A stretch of 64,000 bases of DNA from Octopus vulgaris (Eukaryota), in the NCBI GenBank assembly GCA_951406725.2, contig OX597838.1:26350001-26414000 (forward strand). The letters run 5' to 3'. Made by a program: the position numbers and the translations under genes. Shown piece after piece: positions 27,935 to 42,410 of the stretch. How positions within the stretch are numbered: the stretch's first letter is position 1; each line of letters begins with the position of its first letter. The notes under the pieces are model-generated. The model was given only the letters and a program-made list of their open reading frames with translations. It did no database searches and was not told the origin of the DNA.

Positions 27935-28372
27935 AGTGTATGTGTAAATATATACACGTATATATATAAACACATATATACGTGTATGACTATATATACA
28001 TATAAATGTACACAGACACACAGACACACACACATACATATATATATATGTGTGTGTGTGTGTGTGTATATGCGTATTTAACTGATCCCTTTCTATCCTC
28101 CACCCTTTCTCTCTCTTTCTCTCTCTCTCTCTCCCTCTCTATTTATTTCTTTGTCTCATTCCAATTATACAAAATATATCGCATTCATCATCGCCATCGT
28201 CACCATCATCATCGTCGTAGTCATCGTCATCATCATCATCATCATCATCATATGATCTAGAGTAATAACTGTGATCTCTCAGACATTTTATTCAACATCT
28301 TCACTAGTAAGATCTGGTTTTGTGTTTTTGCAGAAATATAAAAGAAACAAAAACACAATTTAATCACGTTTA

Positions 28373-28435
<63 letters not shown>

Positions 28436-28586
28436 GAATACGCGCATACATGTACATACATATATGGATATATATGTATATATGTATATGTGTGTGTGTG
28501 TATATATAAACATATATATATATATATAGATATATATATATCTATATATATATATAACAATGATATATATATATATATATACATAT

Positions 28587-28673
<87 letters not shown>

Positions 28674-28765
28674 TAGATATAATTACACATATACGAGCAT
28701 ATATACATATATAGATAGATGTATACATAAGTATATATATATGTACATACATACACACATATGCT

Positions 28766-28796
<31 letters not shown>

Positions 28797-28877
28797 GAGT
28801 GTTGCATATGCGCGCGCGTGTGTATATATACAAACAGACGCGAGTGTGTGTGTATATATGTACACAAATGAGTGTGT

Positions 28878-30058
28878 GTGTGCATGGTGAAAAAATTGCA
28901 ATTAGAGCTATTTTACACTACCTGTGGAAAAAAAAAAGGAAGAACAAAGTGCAAGGACAGCGACAAAAGAAATTAATGATGTGGAAGGCCCGGTAACTGT
29001 CAACAAACATGTCGTGCAAAATTTGTTGAGACGTTTCAAAGAAGATGGCATCAGCCTCGAAGACAAATCAAGGCTAAGGAGACATTTCTGTTGTGATAGA
29101 CAAGACCTCGCTTGAAATGGCTGCGCAGCTGAGCACAAGCACTCGTACATTGTTGGCAGGGCGTGATCTTTCACAAAGCACAACCAATGGACACCTCCAT
29201 AAACTCGACACTGTGAACAGACGCTGTCGTGAAGCTTCTCCGGAACTGACCGATGGCCAGTCTCAACGATTTGGGAATATTTGTAGACAGCTGCTGGCAG
29301 TTGTGTCGAATGGTGCTGGGGATGAAAAATGGATCTCTTTTCATAATTCTATAAAGAGAAATCCGTGGCTTCATTCTGGCCAAGATTCAGAACCTGTTGT
29401 CAAACAAGGCTGGTTTGAACGGAAAGTCATGTTGTGTATTTGGTAGAATGTCGAGAGGGTGTTGCACTTTGAGCTTGTCCCAGATGGTCGTGTTGTGAAT
29501 GCTAGCCTTTATGCTCAGCAACTGCAGCAAGTGCATGATGCGTTGAAAGCCCAACACCCAGCACTGGTTAATCGAAAAGACACACACACTCCTACAGCAT
29601 GGCAATGCTCTAGTACACACTACCGGCGTAACCAAACACAAACTTCATGCGGTGGAAGTGCTGTCTCACCCTGCCTACTGTCCAGACTTTGCACCATGAG
29701 GCTACTACCTTTCCTGAGCCATGGCTCATTTCCTTTGCACCATGAGGCTACTACCTTTCCTGAGCCATGGCTCGTTTCCTTTGCACCATGAGGCTACTAT
29801 CTTTCCTGAGCCATGGCTCATTTCCAGCAAAGACGGAAGTTCAACAATGAGGATGAGGTTGAAAACAAGTGCAGGGAGCTTTTTGCCTGTAAACCAGCCA
29901 AACGGTGTAAATGTAAAATTGAGCTTCTGGCACATTGATGGCAACAGACGATAGAATATGTTGGGATATATTTTGATGAATAGATGCTTTTCATATGGAA
30001 TTTGTTTGGACTCTTAGTTAAAACTTGAAATACGAAAACTATTTTTGACTCAGCCACG
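28878..30058 (+). mobile_element. mariner-family transposon relic with disrupted transposase
   Basis: IRAILHYLW, RFKEDGISLEDKSR, GDEKWI, KVMLCIW, HPAY.PD.AP..YYLF motifs, stops and frameshifts. 3' terminus ends cagccacg-TA. Confidence 0.88.
29687..29824. repeat. 46-bp tandem triplication inside the mariner transposase
   Basis: ctttgcaccatgaggctactacctttcctgagccatggctcatttc starts at 29687, 29733 and 29779. Confidence 0.95.
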
Positions 30059-30084
30059 TATACATACATACATGCATGCATACG

Positions 30085-30132
<48 letters not shown>

Positions 30133-30133
30133 T

Positions 30134-30345
30134 AGGCGCAGGAGTGGCTGTGTGATCAGTAGCTTGCTTATCAACCTCATGGTTCCAGGTTTAGTCCCAC
30201 TGTGTGGTACTTTGGGCAAGTGTCTTCTACTATAGCCTCGGGCCGACCAAAGCCTTGTGAGTAGATTTGGTAGACGGAAACTGAAAGAAGCCCCTCGTAT
30301 ATATGTATATATGTGTGTGTGTTTGTATGTCTGTGTTTGTCCCCC
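30134..30345 (+). mobile_element. SINE family A, 5' half
   Basis: Head match. Confidence 0.85.
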
Positions 30346-30726
30346 AATGGAACAAAAACGGAATAGAGGGCATTAAAACTTTCGGATAGATAGACAACAC
30401 AAAGGCGGACAAGACAAATAATAATTAGAAAGACAAGCAAAAAACGACGGGTCATTCTTGGCTTTCTTTCATCAGTCGAATACCAGAAGTCACGACCATT
30501 TCGGACAGTTACACTTGAGATGGTTCGATCTGGTTGTCCCCAAAAACGTCTAGGCTAAGAGCATTAGACCCCTTTGTAAGAAAGCTAGCGAATTCGTACG
30601 GCAACAAAAACGATCCTTCATCAGTTGTTGGCTGTTTCTCTTCTCTCGTATTTCGAGCATTTAACAACAAGATCCGCTTTCGATGAAACAGTGCTCCCGC
30701 AAAGCAAATTAAAATTTATATATAAA

Positions 30727-30888
30727 CGAGAGGCTGCTGAAATGTTCTTGGTTTTAAGGGTATTGCAAAAGGCCTCGTTGCAGGCAGGACTTAGGAAAAC
30801 TGAAGGACCGCTGCAATCTGATCTGTGTGAATCTGATCCCCCTGTATTTTCTTTTACCCAAGCCCAAGAACTTTTCAGCACTACCTCG
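30727..30888. mobile_element. mariner-type MITE (same family as 58623 and 59041)
   Basis: cgagaggctgctgaaatgttcttgg ... ccaagaacttttcagcactacctcg terminal inverted repeats. Confidence 0.8.
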
Positions 30889-31610
30889 TAAACATACATG
30901 TATATATACTGAGATATAAATACCTATATGTATGTATGTATGTATGTATGTATATAACTACATATATGCATGCGTGTATATTACTTAGATAAGTTTCGGC
31001 CGAAGTTGGCCCGGCCATGTCTAATTTAATAGCACCACCTGGAATATGTGCGTGTAGGTTTGTGTGTGTATAAGTGTTTATATGGCCGTGTAGTTTGATG
31101 ATGTTGATGATCAACCATCATCATCGTAATTGTGATGACAAAATAAAGATAAGCAAAAATTTGAAAAGATGGACAGAAGCTAATAAAGAAGGAGAGATAT
31201 GAAGAGAGAGAGAGAGAGAGAGAGAATAGTGAAGAAGACAGATTGAATAAAATATAAAAGAAAAATGAATGAACATAAAACTGGATAAAGGAAGGAAAGA
31301 ATTGAAATGAAAGAAAACCACCCGATAACGAGTGGGTTGGATTATTTAGATTAATTCTACACCCAGGTGCATGATAACTGATACCCATATATACATACAT
31401 ACATACACACATGCAGTTGCATCCATGGAGCAGGTTGTGCATTCGTGTATGTATATATATATGTATGTGTATGTATGTATATATGTATGATAGTATGTTT
31501 ATATTTATGTGTAATTTATCTATATGTGTGTGTGTGTGTATGTATATATATATATATATATAGTACAAGTATGTATGAATAAACACACACACATACACAC
31601 ACACACTCAC

Positions 31611-31663
<53 letters not shown>

Positions 31664-31728
31664 CCCCTGGACTTATTCTTTGTAAGCCTAGTACTCCTTC
31701 TATCGGACTCTTTTGCCAAACCGCTAAA

Positions 31729-31907
31729 TTTCGTCTGTCGTTACGTTCTGAGTTCAAATTCCACCGAGGTCGACTTTGCCTTTCATCCCTTCGGGATCGA
31801 TGAATTAAGTACCAGTTACGCACTGGGGTCGATGTAATCGACTGGATCCCTTTGTCTGTCCTTGTTTGTCCCCTCTGTGTTTAGCCCCTTGTGGGCAATA
31901 AAGAAAT

Positions 31908-31910
<3 letters not shown>
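31729..31910 (+). mobile_element. Headless SINE family B unit joined to a SINE A fragment
   Basis: Core and linker match, ending in (GATA)n. Confidence 0.85.
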
Positions 31911-31969
<59 letters not shown>

Positions 31970-32175
31970 TGATAATGTTTTCAATCGTGTTACGGAAATG
32001 AATGTAAAAGCCTGTACCAGATCGAAAAAATTATTGTCCTCTAGCAGTACCGTTACCTACGCAACCATTCTGACATTGACCTGATGACTACCCAACCGTT
32101 CTCCATGAAGCTAACGACAAGGATTCATCCGTTGCTATTACCAAAACGAGAGGTCGCTATCTGAACCGAGGTACC

Positions 32176-32407
32176 TATTTCTTTACTACCCACAAGGGGC
32201 TAAACACAGAGAGGACAAACAAGGACAGACAAACGGATTAAGTCGATTATATCGACCCCAGTGCGTAACTGGTACTTATTTAATCGACCCCGAAAGGATG
32301 AAAGGCAAAGTCGACCTCGGCGGAATTTGAACTCAGAACGTAGCAGCAGACGAAATACGGCTAAGCATTTCGCCCGACGCGCTAACGTTTCTGACTGCTC
32401 GCCGCCG
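32176..32407 (-). mobile_element. SINE family B monomer with 14-bp target-site duplication
   Basis: tgaaccgaggtacc at 32162-32175 and 32412-32425. Confidence 0.92.
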
Positions 32408-32529
32408 TTTTTGAACCGAGGTACCGTTCTTTAAGCTCTGTCGCGAACGATGTAGCTGTACCTGACGTCAGCAATAGCGATTCATTGGAAGACTCAGGAA
32501 TAGGAAGGATGGATTTTTTATCTTTTCAT

Positions 32530-32749
32530 TTACTCTTTACTCTTTTACTTTTTTATTTGTTTCAGTCATTTGACTGCGGCCATACTAGAGCACCGCCTTT
32601 AGTCCGAGCAAATCGACCCCGGGACTTATTCGTTGTAAGCCCAGTACTTATTCTATCAGTCTCTTTTGCCGAACCGCTAAGTGACGGGGACGTAAACACA
32701 CCAGCATCGGTTGTCAAGCAATGCTAGGGGGACAAACACAGACACACAA

Positions 32750-32824
<75 letters not shown>

Positions 32825-32990
32825 TACGACAGGCTTCTTTCAGTTTCCGTCTACCAAATCCACTCACAAGGCATTGGTCTGCTCGGGGCTATAGCAGAAG
32901 ACATTTGCCCAAGATGCCACGCAGTGGGACTGAACCCGGAACCATGTGGTTGGTTAGCAAGCTACTTACCACACAGCCACTCCTGCGCCT
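32530..32990 (-). mobile_element. SINE family A
   Basis: Full-length match. Confidence 0.9.
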
Positions 32991-32992
32991 AT

Positions 32993-33023
<31 letters not shown>

Positions 33024-33215
33024 TTTTCAGTTCTAGTTTCATTAAGGGAATGGCCCTGCAGAAAATTATCGGGAAAATGTATTAAAATAATTCGAACCTA
33101 CTCCTTTGGAACTAACATGCTTCCCTACGCTGTTCTAAGGGCCACTGCTTGAGTGACAATAATTTTCAAGATCGATAGAGGCTGCTGCAAGAATATATGT
33201 TCATCTGTGTGTTGC

Positions 33216-33259
<44 letters not shown>

Positions 33260-33679
33260 AATCAAATCGTCGGTCGAATATCTCAATGCTATATAGATTA
33301 CAGATAAGGTTCTCTATAATCCGATGTTGGTGTCTGCTGAAGAAGCTTTGAAGATATGGAGAGAAAAAAATCAGATTTTGCTTTCTGTTAATAAGAAAAG
33401 TCAGCAAATTATGACGTCGTAATGGAAGTTTATCAAAATATCCGATCGAAATAAGGAAAGAAATGATAATTACCAATATTTTTTCTTTTATTTCCCTTCA
33501 GTTTTTTTACTTGAAAAATCAGCATTGAAATGACGTCAAGATGAAATATTTCGTTCAAATTTTACATGATGTCTTCCTTCATGAAAATATTGTAATTTAA
33601 ACAAAAAAATCTTTAGTTACTTACTGTAGTGGAAACATCTATTTATTTATTTAAAAAACAAAACTAATAATAATAATAA

Positions 33680-34078
33680 TCCTTTCTACTAAAGGCACAA
33701 GACCTGAAATTTGTGGGAGGGGAGAGGAACAGTCGATTACATCGACCCCAGTGCGTAACTGGTATTTATTTCATCGACCCCGAAAGGATGAAAGGCAAAG
33801 TCGACCTCGGCGAAAATTTGAACACAGAACGTAGTGGCATACGAAATACCTATTTCTTTACTACTCACAAGGGGCTAAACACAGAGGAGACAAACAACGA
33901 CAGACGGATTAAGTCGATTATAACGACCCCAGTGCGTAACTGGTACTTAATTTATCGACCCCGAAAGGATGAAAGGCAAAGTCGACCTCGTCGGAATTTG
34001 AACTCAGAACGTAGCGGAAGACGAAATACCGCGAAGCATTTCGTCCGGCGTGCTAACGTTTCTGCCAGCTCGCCGCCT
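33680..34078 (-). mobile_element. SINE family B dimer ending in a (TAA)n-type tail
   Basis: Two cores; the second begins at ggtatttcgt. Confidence 0.88.
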
Positions 34079-34566
34079 TTGATATTCAATAATAATAATA
34101 ATAATAATACTTTCTACTATAGGCACAAGGCCTGGAATTTAGGGGTAGGGGTCTAGTCGATTACAATAGTTATAATAAACATAAAAAAATAAATAGCTTT
34201 AAAAAGTATATAAAGGTACATATAAAAAACATGTAAATATGTTAACATTCATAGTTTAGGCGCATCTACAAATTTTATCGCGATTGCCTCATTCTTTGCT
34301 TGACATAATACTAAGTATGATAAACAGCAGATATTTAGTCTGAAACCCGTGTCAGTCGCCAGACAACGATTCTTATACGTTATTATGGAGTAGCAAGAAA
34401 ATATTGTTAAAATATTCTTAATAAACATTACAGCTTTAAAGAGGCAAGTGTTTGCGAACATGCATTCTACGAAGACTCACGTTTCGATGTTATCTGGATA
34501 AATTTTTGACAGGTCTTTTGTTGTTAAGCTGTTATTTCTGATACTTAATATCAATACAAAACATAG

Positions 34567-34782
34567 AGGCGGCGAACTGGCAGAAACGTTAACTCGCCGG
34601 GCGAAAAGCTCAACGGCATTTCGTCTGTCCTCACGTTCTGAGTTCAAATTCTGCCGGGGTCGACTTTGCCTTTCATCTTTTCGGGATCGATAAATTAAGT
34701 ACCAGTTGTATACTAGGGTCGATCTAATCGACTGGCCCCCTTCCCCAAAATTTCGGGCCTTGTGCCTAGAGTAGAAAAGATT
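34567..34782 (+). mobile_element. SINE family B monomer with terminal tail
   Basis: Head, core and ccccaaaatttcgggccttgtgcctagagtagaaaagatt. Confidence 0.88.
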
Positions 34783-34831
34783 ATAGAGTAGCAAGACAAT
34801 ATTATAGCTTAGCACGCCAGGCGAAATGCTT

Positions 34832-35735
34832 AACCTCCCAAGCTAACCTGACATATCTTTCGACTTTTCATTCTTCTTTATCGCATACCTTGTTGTCAGC
34901 TGGGCATGTTATATCTATGATCCAGCATAGTTTGGTTTCTTTCTCAATTAATACTATGTCTGGTTTCCTATTCTCTGTCTCATGGTCACACTAAATCATA
35001 AAATCCCATAGGATCTTTGCATTATCATTTTCGATTATGCCTTCGGGTTTGTGGTCGTACAAATTTCTTGCTCTGTCAAGTCCATACTTGTTGCAAAATG
35101 TTGGATGGGCAAATTTGGCTATATTGTCGTGGCGTCTCTTATATTCCTTCTGGGCTAGTGGCGTATATTGGCTGATAATATGCCATACGGTTTCACCATT
35201 TTGTCCACAAATTCTGCACTTATCACTTTCTGGTGTGTTGTCAATTCTGTATTTTATGTAATTCGTTCTTAATGCTTGCTCTTGGGCAGCACAGATTAGA
35301 GCCTCCGTTTCCGGTTTTAAATCACTTTTAGTCATCCATAGCCATCTTTTTCTCTGACGGTCTTATCTTCAACATCCCTATGAAATTGTCCATGTAGTCT
35401 TTTCTTTATCCACCTATTTTCAGTTTCATACATTCTCCAGTCCTTGTACAGTGCTTTATCTTTGCAATCTTCCATCCTACACAAACCTGATCCTCTTACT
35501 TCCAATAATAGCGCTTCTGTGGTATTTTTTACATGCCATGCTATGTTGTTTTCTTCTGTTCTAATGCTGTGTTCACGTCCAATCAGTCCTCTTCCCCCTC
35601 TTTTTCTTGGTACATACAGTCCGTCTGTGTCACATTTTGGGTGGAGTATCCCATATCAAGTCGGCAACTACCTTGTCTTTCTGTCTAAGCTGTAGTTCGT
35701 CTGCCACCCATGCGATTACCCTTGCATCATCTCTA
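34832..35735 (-). mobile_element. R4/Dong-like LINE fragment (post-RT region, CCHC-type knuckle, RLE start)
   Basis: LDRKTR..HPKCDTD.LYVPRKRGGRGL, ETEALICAAQEQALRTN, CRICG...ETVWHIIS, YKRRHD, KILWDF, then PD..L..IID; frameshifted. Confidence 0.9.
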
Positions 35736-35751
35736 AAGCAGTAGAATAGAA

Positions 35752-35827
<76 letters not shown>

Positions 35828-35834
35828 GTTATTA

Positions 35835-35882
<48 letters not shown>

Positions 35883-36314
35883 GAAACGGTGTATCTAAGG
35901 TCACGTGTTACCCAATTCGTCTTAGCCTACATTTTAACATGTTAAGAGTGTTTGCTCTTCGGAAGAAATAACATAGCTGCTACTTCTAGCACTTGTGCGA
36001 CCATGTAGGGGCCTCATTTAATGATGGCGTGTTGGTATGTTGTATCATCTGGCAGAATGCTCGACTAATATTTCAATCCCGTTTCATGTATGATGTTAAT
36101 GAGTCACCCAGGGAGTTTTAAGTATCACTGCTGAATACAACAGCTATGGGTCGCCTTCTCTCTCTCTCTCTCCTTCTTCTTCTTCTTCTCTCTCCCTCTC
36201 TCTGTTAACACAAAAACGGCAGTTTTTATGGGGTTCATGGACATCCTAGAAATGCCACGAATTCTGAAAATGATGAGAACGGCGATGGTGACGGGGAAAA
36301 GTGCTGCATTAGAA

Positions 36315-36386
<72 letters not shown>

Positions 36387-36592
36387 GTGTGTGTGTGTAT
36401 GTATGTATGTGTGTGTATATATGTATCATATATATATATATGTATGTATGTATGTATGTATCATATATATATCATATATATATTATATATATACATACAC
36501 ACACACAGTCAGAAAGACAGACGCATGCGTGTGTACGTCTTTGCAAAGACATATATATATATCATCATAGTGTTTTTGTTGTTGTTCTTGTA

Positions 36593-36662
<70 letters not shown>

Positions 36663-36884
36663 ATCCAAACTGCCCCAGTTTGGAAATAAGACTTCAGCGA
36701 TAAGTGTTTCTCTCTTTCTCTACCTCTTTATCTCCCCCCCCACACACACACACACGGTGTGTGTGTGTGTGTTTGTGTGTATCTATGTGCGTGTATGTGT
36801 GTAAGTTCGTATTTATTTTAATCTGACAAATACGCTACGATATACTATATATATATATATGTTAGTTAGTTAGTTAGTTAGTTA

Positions 36885-37590
36885 ATTTGGCTCAAAAGCA
36901 AATAGCAAGGCCATGTAGGGGGACATGGAGTTAAGTACAGGGTGGTGTTCATGTAAAGAGTTCAGGCCACTTGAGGTCAAGGGATGCTTTGAACAAAGCG
37001 GTCGTCGGCATCTTCACCACCTCGTCTGGCAGCTTGTTCCACGGATCCGCAACCCGGACGGAGAAAGCTCCTCTCCTTCGATTGAGATGAAATCGTCGCA
37101 GGTAGAGCTTTTCGGAATGACCCCGCAGCCAACGCTCTGGAGCAGGAGTGAAGAACAGCTCTTTCGAGAGGTTACACTTTCCGCTTATGATGTTGTGGGC
37201 GAGAATGAGATCACCACGGCGGCGGCGTTTTTCAAGAGAACAAAGGTCGAGCGTCCTCAGCCTTTCTTCATAGGACAAATTTTTGAGACCATGAACCATG
37301 CGGGTAGCCAGCTTCTGGACTCTTTCGAGATGCTGTATGTCTTTGATGAGATAAGGAGAAGAGGCTTGAATCCCGTACTCCAATATGGGTCTCACCAGCG
37401 TGACATAGAGTTGTAGGAATATGGCTGCTGTGAGCATTCCGAATGACCGTCGAATCAAGAACAGAATTCCGCGTGCTTTGTTGGCAGCATGGACGCACTG
37501 GACCGAAGGCGAAAAGGAGGAATCCACCAAGATACCCAGGTCCTTTACCTGATCGGTCCTCTCCAGCAGCAGACGACCCGGCTCGAAATC
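36885..37590 (-). mobile_element. CR1-clade LINE 3' fragment with open C-terminal ORF2 (36949..37530)
   Basis: LYVTLVRPILEY...SPYLIKDIQHLERVQKLATRMV.GLKNLSYEERL..L...SLEKRRRRGDLI..LRGH..KL..FSVRV...WNKLP; (TAAC)n tail. Confidence 0.93.
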
Positions 37591-37889
37591 AAGTTGTGTC
37601 TACGTGTATGTATGCATGTATGCATATATATATATATATGTATGTATGTATATACATATATGCATATATGCGTAGATATAAACATACAAACATATATGTA
37701 CATATATCCATATACATGTATATACACATATATATGTATGTATATATGCATAAATATATATATATATATATACACGCAGACACACACACATACACATGTA
37801 TATGTATATATACATATATATGGGTATATACACATATATGTGTGTATGTTCAAATATACGTTTGTGCATGCTATGTATATATGTATATA

Positions 37890-37965
<76 letters not shown>

Positions 37966-38738
37966 TATCTATGGCGACTCCGGCACTCGGGCTGTTCGGA
38001 CTCAGCCCAGGTATGTTTAATAAAGTGAACGTGTATTTTCAAGCTGGTGTAATTTCTGCCAACACTGACTTCAAGTATGTAATTGCAGCCAATAACTCTG
38101 GCTCCTTTTATTGAGTCTGGTCGCAGTTCATTTATTTTCGTTCAGCGTCTGGCGGTGTCTTAGTGGTGCCCTGTGTCAAAATATATCATAGCGGACGTTC
38201 TCTCGACATCATTCAAACGCGCCTGACTCGGGCTCAAAAGTTACAGCTCAAGCTGTTATTTGCAATCATGAAAATTAGATGTAATTCAAATTCAATGTTT
38301 TCTTGAAGCAATAAATTTCTATTGAGATTAGGATTTAAATTCCAGTCTATGAAGAGTTTCTGTTCAACGATGTTCTTTAAAGAACGAAAATTTATTCAGC
38401 AACTCGGGCTAATACGAACGAGCCTAATAGGTGTAAAAAAGACTAACTGGCATCTCTTGTCCAAGAGTACAGGCGACAGTCAGATCGCTGATGTTTGCTG
38501 TGCACTCCGCTGTCATTATTTGATTGCAGTTATTCTGTGCGTCTGAGTGTAAAGATCAGTTCTGTTTTGTAGGGTTGCTTTATTTTTACCCTTTACTTAG
38601 AAATAGAGAAAGATATGGTGCTAGAAATAAAGCGGGAAAACGTGAAATTCTTCAAGCAGGCACGTGTCTTATGCGAAATCTGTGATGAGCCCAAGTGACG
38701 CTGATGACCAGGAGTCGTTTCTAATGCATATATACATA

Positions 38739-38849
<111 letters not shown>

Positions 38850-39974
38850 ATATATGTATATATATGTGTATATATATATATATATATATACTCTTTTACT
38901 CTTTTACTTGTTTCAGCCATCCGGCTGAGGCTATGCTGGGGCACCGATATAAGCATATATATATCTAAGTATATATATATGTGTATGTGTGTGTGTATGT
39001 ATGCATATGTAAATACATACATATATATATGTATATATATTTATTTGTTTAATGAGAAAGACGGAATGTGGAAGATACTAGAATCTTTATTGATCACTAC
39101 AGTTGTTTTGACCCATCTAACAACGATCCCTCGCAGGTTTAGGTGTAGCCCTCGGTGTAGATGTGTCTCCTCGGGTGATTTCAAGAGATATCTCGTTACA
39201 ATAAACTCTGCGTCGCAAGATTTCTTCTTGGTCTTCGGATATAGAAATGGCAAATTAAGGTATACAGCTACATTCTTAGAGACGATCTACAACAAATATC
39301 AGATACAAAAAGGATTACATACATAATACAGCGAAAAATGGATTGGATATAACCATTAGTAGATATGGATGTACAACCGCCCCCCACGTACGTGGTTCGG
39401 CGCACGTACACTCGCTCGTACAAACTCACACGCACATACAAGCACACACACGCGTGGTTTGGCGCACATAGTAAGTAGATATTATACTAGTCTAGACTAG
39501 AATACACTAATGTTGATGACAAAAAAGGGCATCCAGCGAAGGCTTTCCAAAGCTGGTGGGGTAATATGCAAAATCTTGGGGAAGATTAAGCAATGCATGC
39601 TTTGGATTACGATTGGACTCTATAGCAACAATGTCATAGTCTGTCTCATGTATGGTCTGTAGAGGTTAGCTCTGCTTGAGAAGGAGCGATAATCTCAAGA
39701 ACCAAGGATTCTCCAAAGTTGAAATGCTATTAAGGAAAGGGGCATGCTTATTGCCCGGAAATAAGAGGAAAGTCGCGTATACGATTCTGCCCCAATAGGC
39801 GTCATCAGCTTGATAAAAATCCCTTCCCTGTCTACAACAGCCAAATTTGGCCGGGTGTTTGGAATTCAAATATCTATCATCACAACAGAAAGAAGAAGAA
39901 AGAGATTAAAATAAAAGGGTTTATTAGAATCAAGGAGTATGATGATGATGATGATGATGATGATGATACTGATA

Positions 39975-40645
39975 GCAGCAAACGCAGAATGTGTGGTGAG
40001 AGGGGTGAAACGGTGTGGCACATCGTTAGCGGATGCCCGAAATTGGCACAACGCGTATACAAAAGATGCCATGACAATGTGGCAGGAATACTCCATTGGG
40101 AGCTCTGTGAAAATCACGGCCTACACAGAGCAAAGACGTGGTATGAGAAAACTCCAGGGGTCAACGAAAATGAGAACTGCAAAATCCTGTGGGATGCAAT
40201 GATCCGGTGCGATCACCTGACCAGACATCAGAAACCGGGCATTGTTGTTGTGAATAAAAAAAAAAAAAGAAAGAACATGTATGGTGATCGACATACTATG
40301 CCCCAGTGACAACAAGATCAATGTGGATGAAGAAGGAAAAGTAAACAACTATGACGATTTGAAGTGGGAAATACGAAGGTTGTGGTGAATGAAGAGAGAA
40401 GGCGTGATTCCAATAGTAATTGGCGCACTTGGGAGTATCAGCTCTCAACTACCAACATGGCTGAAAACGATTGGTGCAAGTGTGAAGGTAGAACACCTAC
40501 AAAAATCAGCATTGCTTGGAACAGCAAGAATTCTTCGCAGGGTTCTTGAAGCATGACCAGGAAACAAATGTCACCTTAGTCTGCTGACTGTGGACAGCTA
40601 ACACTTTCCATCATACCCAGTAAAATAATCTGTGAGTTTTCATAT
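39975..40645 (+). mobile_element. R4/Dong-like LINE 3' fragment between (TGA)n arrays
   Basis: RMCGERGETVWHIVSGCPKLAQRVYKRCHD..ILHWELC...KILWD; later VIPIVIGALG and LQKSALLGTARILRRVLE. Confidence 0.9.
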
Positions 40646-41019
40646 AATAATGATGATGATGATGATGATGATGATGATAACAGTGAGAGACACGCTTCAA
40701 TATTCAGTTTGGTACGGAGTGGGGTGTAAGGTATTTATTTTATCGATCTCTGTTTATCGCGCTACTACTTTACGGATTCGTAATAAGAGAATCAACTTGA
40801 GAACGGTTTACGCCGTTAAGCATAAATATAAGCATGAATATTGATCACACACACACGCATACAAACACACACACGCACACACACACACACACGCACACAC
40901 ACACACACACACACACGCATACAAACACACACATGTACGCACACACGTATACACGAACGCAAACATGCGTACACACGTGTGTGTGTGAATCTACTGACAG
41001 AGGATTATTAAAACAATTT

Positions 41020-41800
41020 CAAGTTATTAACAAATATATTTTTTCTTTCTCGTCACATAATTATCTCTGGTTGTCTTTCTATTCTAATGCTCCTTGCATA
41101 AAAGAATTATTTCTGGTGACGTCATACGGCCAAAAGCGCGGACATTCTGTTCAGCGATATCGCGTGTTGTATTAGGATCTGCAATGTCTCCGGCAGCGTG
41201 CGATTACCGAAATAATTAAAAACAGCATAAGTCACCAACAAATATTTACTTTTTCTCGCCATGTAATTATTTCTAGCTATCTTCCTAATGCTCGATGGAT
41301 AAAGAAATTATTTCTGGTGACGGCAAATAGCAAATAGCGCAGACCTTCTGTTCAGCTATATCACTGGTTGTATTAAGCTCTTGAATGTCTCCGTCAGCAT
41401 GCAAGTGCCGAAATAATGAAACCAGCATAAGTCATTAACAAATATTTGTTTTTTTTTTTCCTCGCCACACAATTAGATATTTACTTTTTCTCGCCATGTA
41501 ATTATTTCTAGCTATCTTCCTAATGCTCGACGTATAAAGAAATTATTTCTGGTGACGGCAAATAGCAAATAGCGCAGACCTTCTGTTCAGCTATATCACT
41601 GGTTGTATTAAGCTCTTGAATGTCTCCGTCAGCATGCAAGTGCCGAAATATTGAAACCAGCATAAGTCATTAACAAATATTTGTTTTTTTTTTTCCTCAC
41701 CACACAATTATTTCTAGTTAACTTTCTAATCCGCCCGGCATGAAATATATTAACACTAACTCAACCTACATGTTCTTCTCCGCCACATATTTATTTCTAC
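41020..41800. repeat. Tandem array of about 200-240-bp units (three copies plus partials)
   Basis: aattatttctggtgacg...ttctgttcagc.atatc...aatgtctccg..cagc...gaaata...cagcataagtca recurs; about 41243-41474 and 41478-41709 are near identical. Confidence 0.9.
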
Positions 41801-41953
41801 TTAGCTTGGCACCCTGCGTGTAGTATGTTAATTTACTATAATGGAATAGTCAACCTGAACAAAATCAAAATATATATTAATGTACAAAAAATATATATGC
41901 TTCTCTTTGTTTTGTTCTGAACACAAATTTATAATTACTTATAGTACATATAC

Positions 41954-41991
<38 letters not shown>

Positions 41992-42118
41992 CACACACAC
42001 ACACATATGTGTATGTGTGTCTGTGTCTGTGTGTATGTATAAATATATATATATACACATATATGTACATACATATATATATATATATATATACATAGGC
42101 ACATATATATACATACAT

Positions 42119-42157
<39 letters not shown>

Positions 42158-42158
42158 C

Positions 42159-42194
<36 letters not shown>

Positions 42195-42233
42195 AAGCAT
42201 ATGAATATATATATGTCGGTATGTAAGTATATG

Positions 42234-42297
<64 letters not shown>

Positions 42298-42360
42298 TAC
42301 ATCATGCGGGTGAGGTTGTGTGTCTATATATGTATACATATATGTATGTGTGTATATATG

Positions 42361-42410
<50 letters not shown>

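Noticed and set aside
29687-29824. Three 46-bp repeats as a possible CRISPR array
   Set aside because: No spacers; a plain tandem triplication inside a mariner pseudogene in eukaryotic DNA
32070-32110. Isolated CTGATGA (also at about 38701)
   Set aside because: No paired stem II or GAAA partner, so not called a hammerhead
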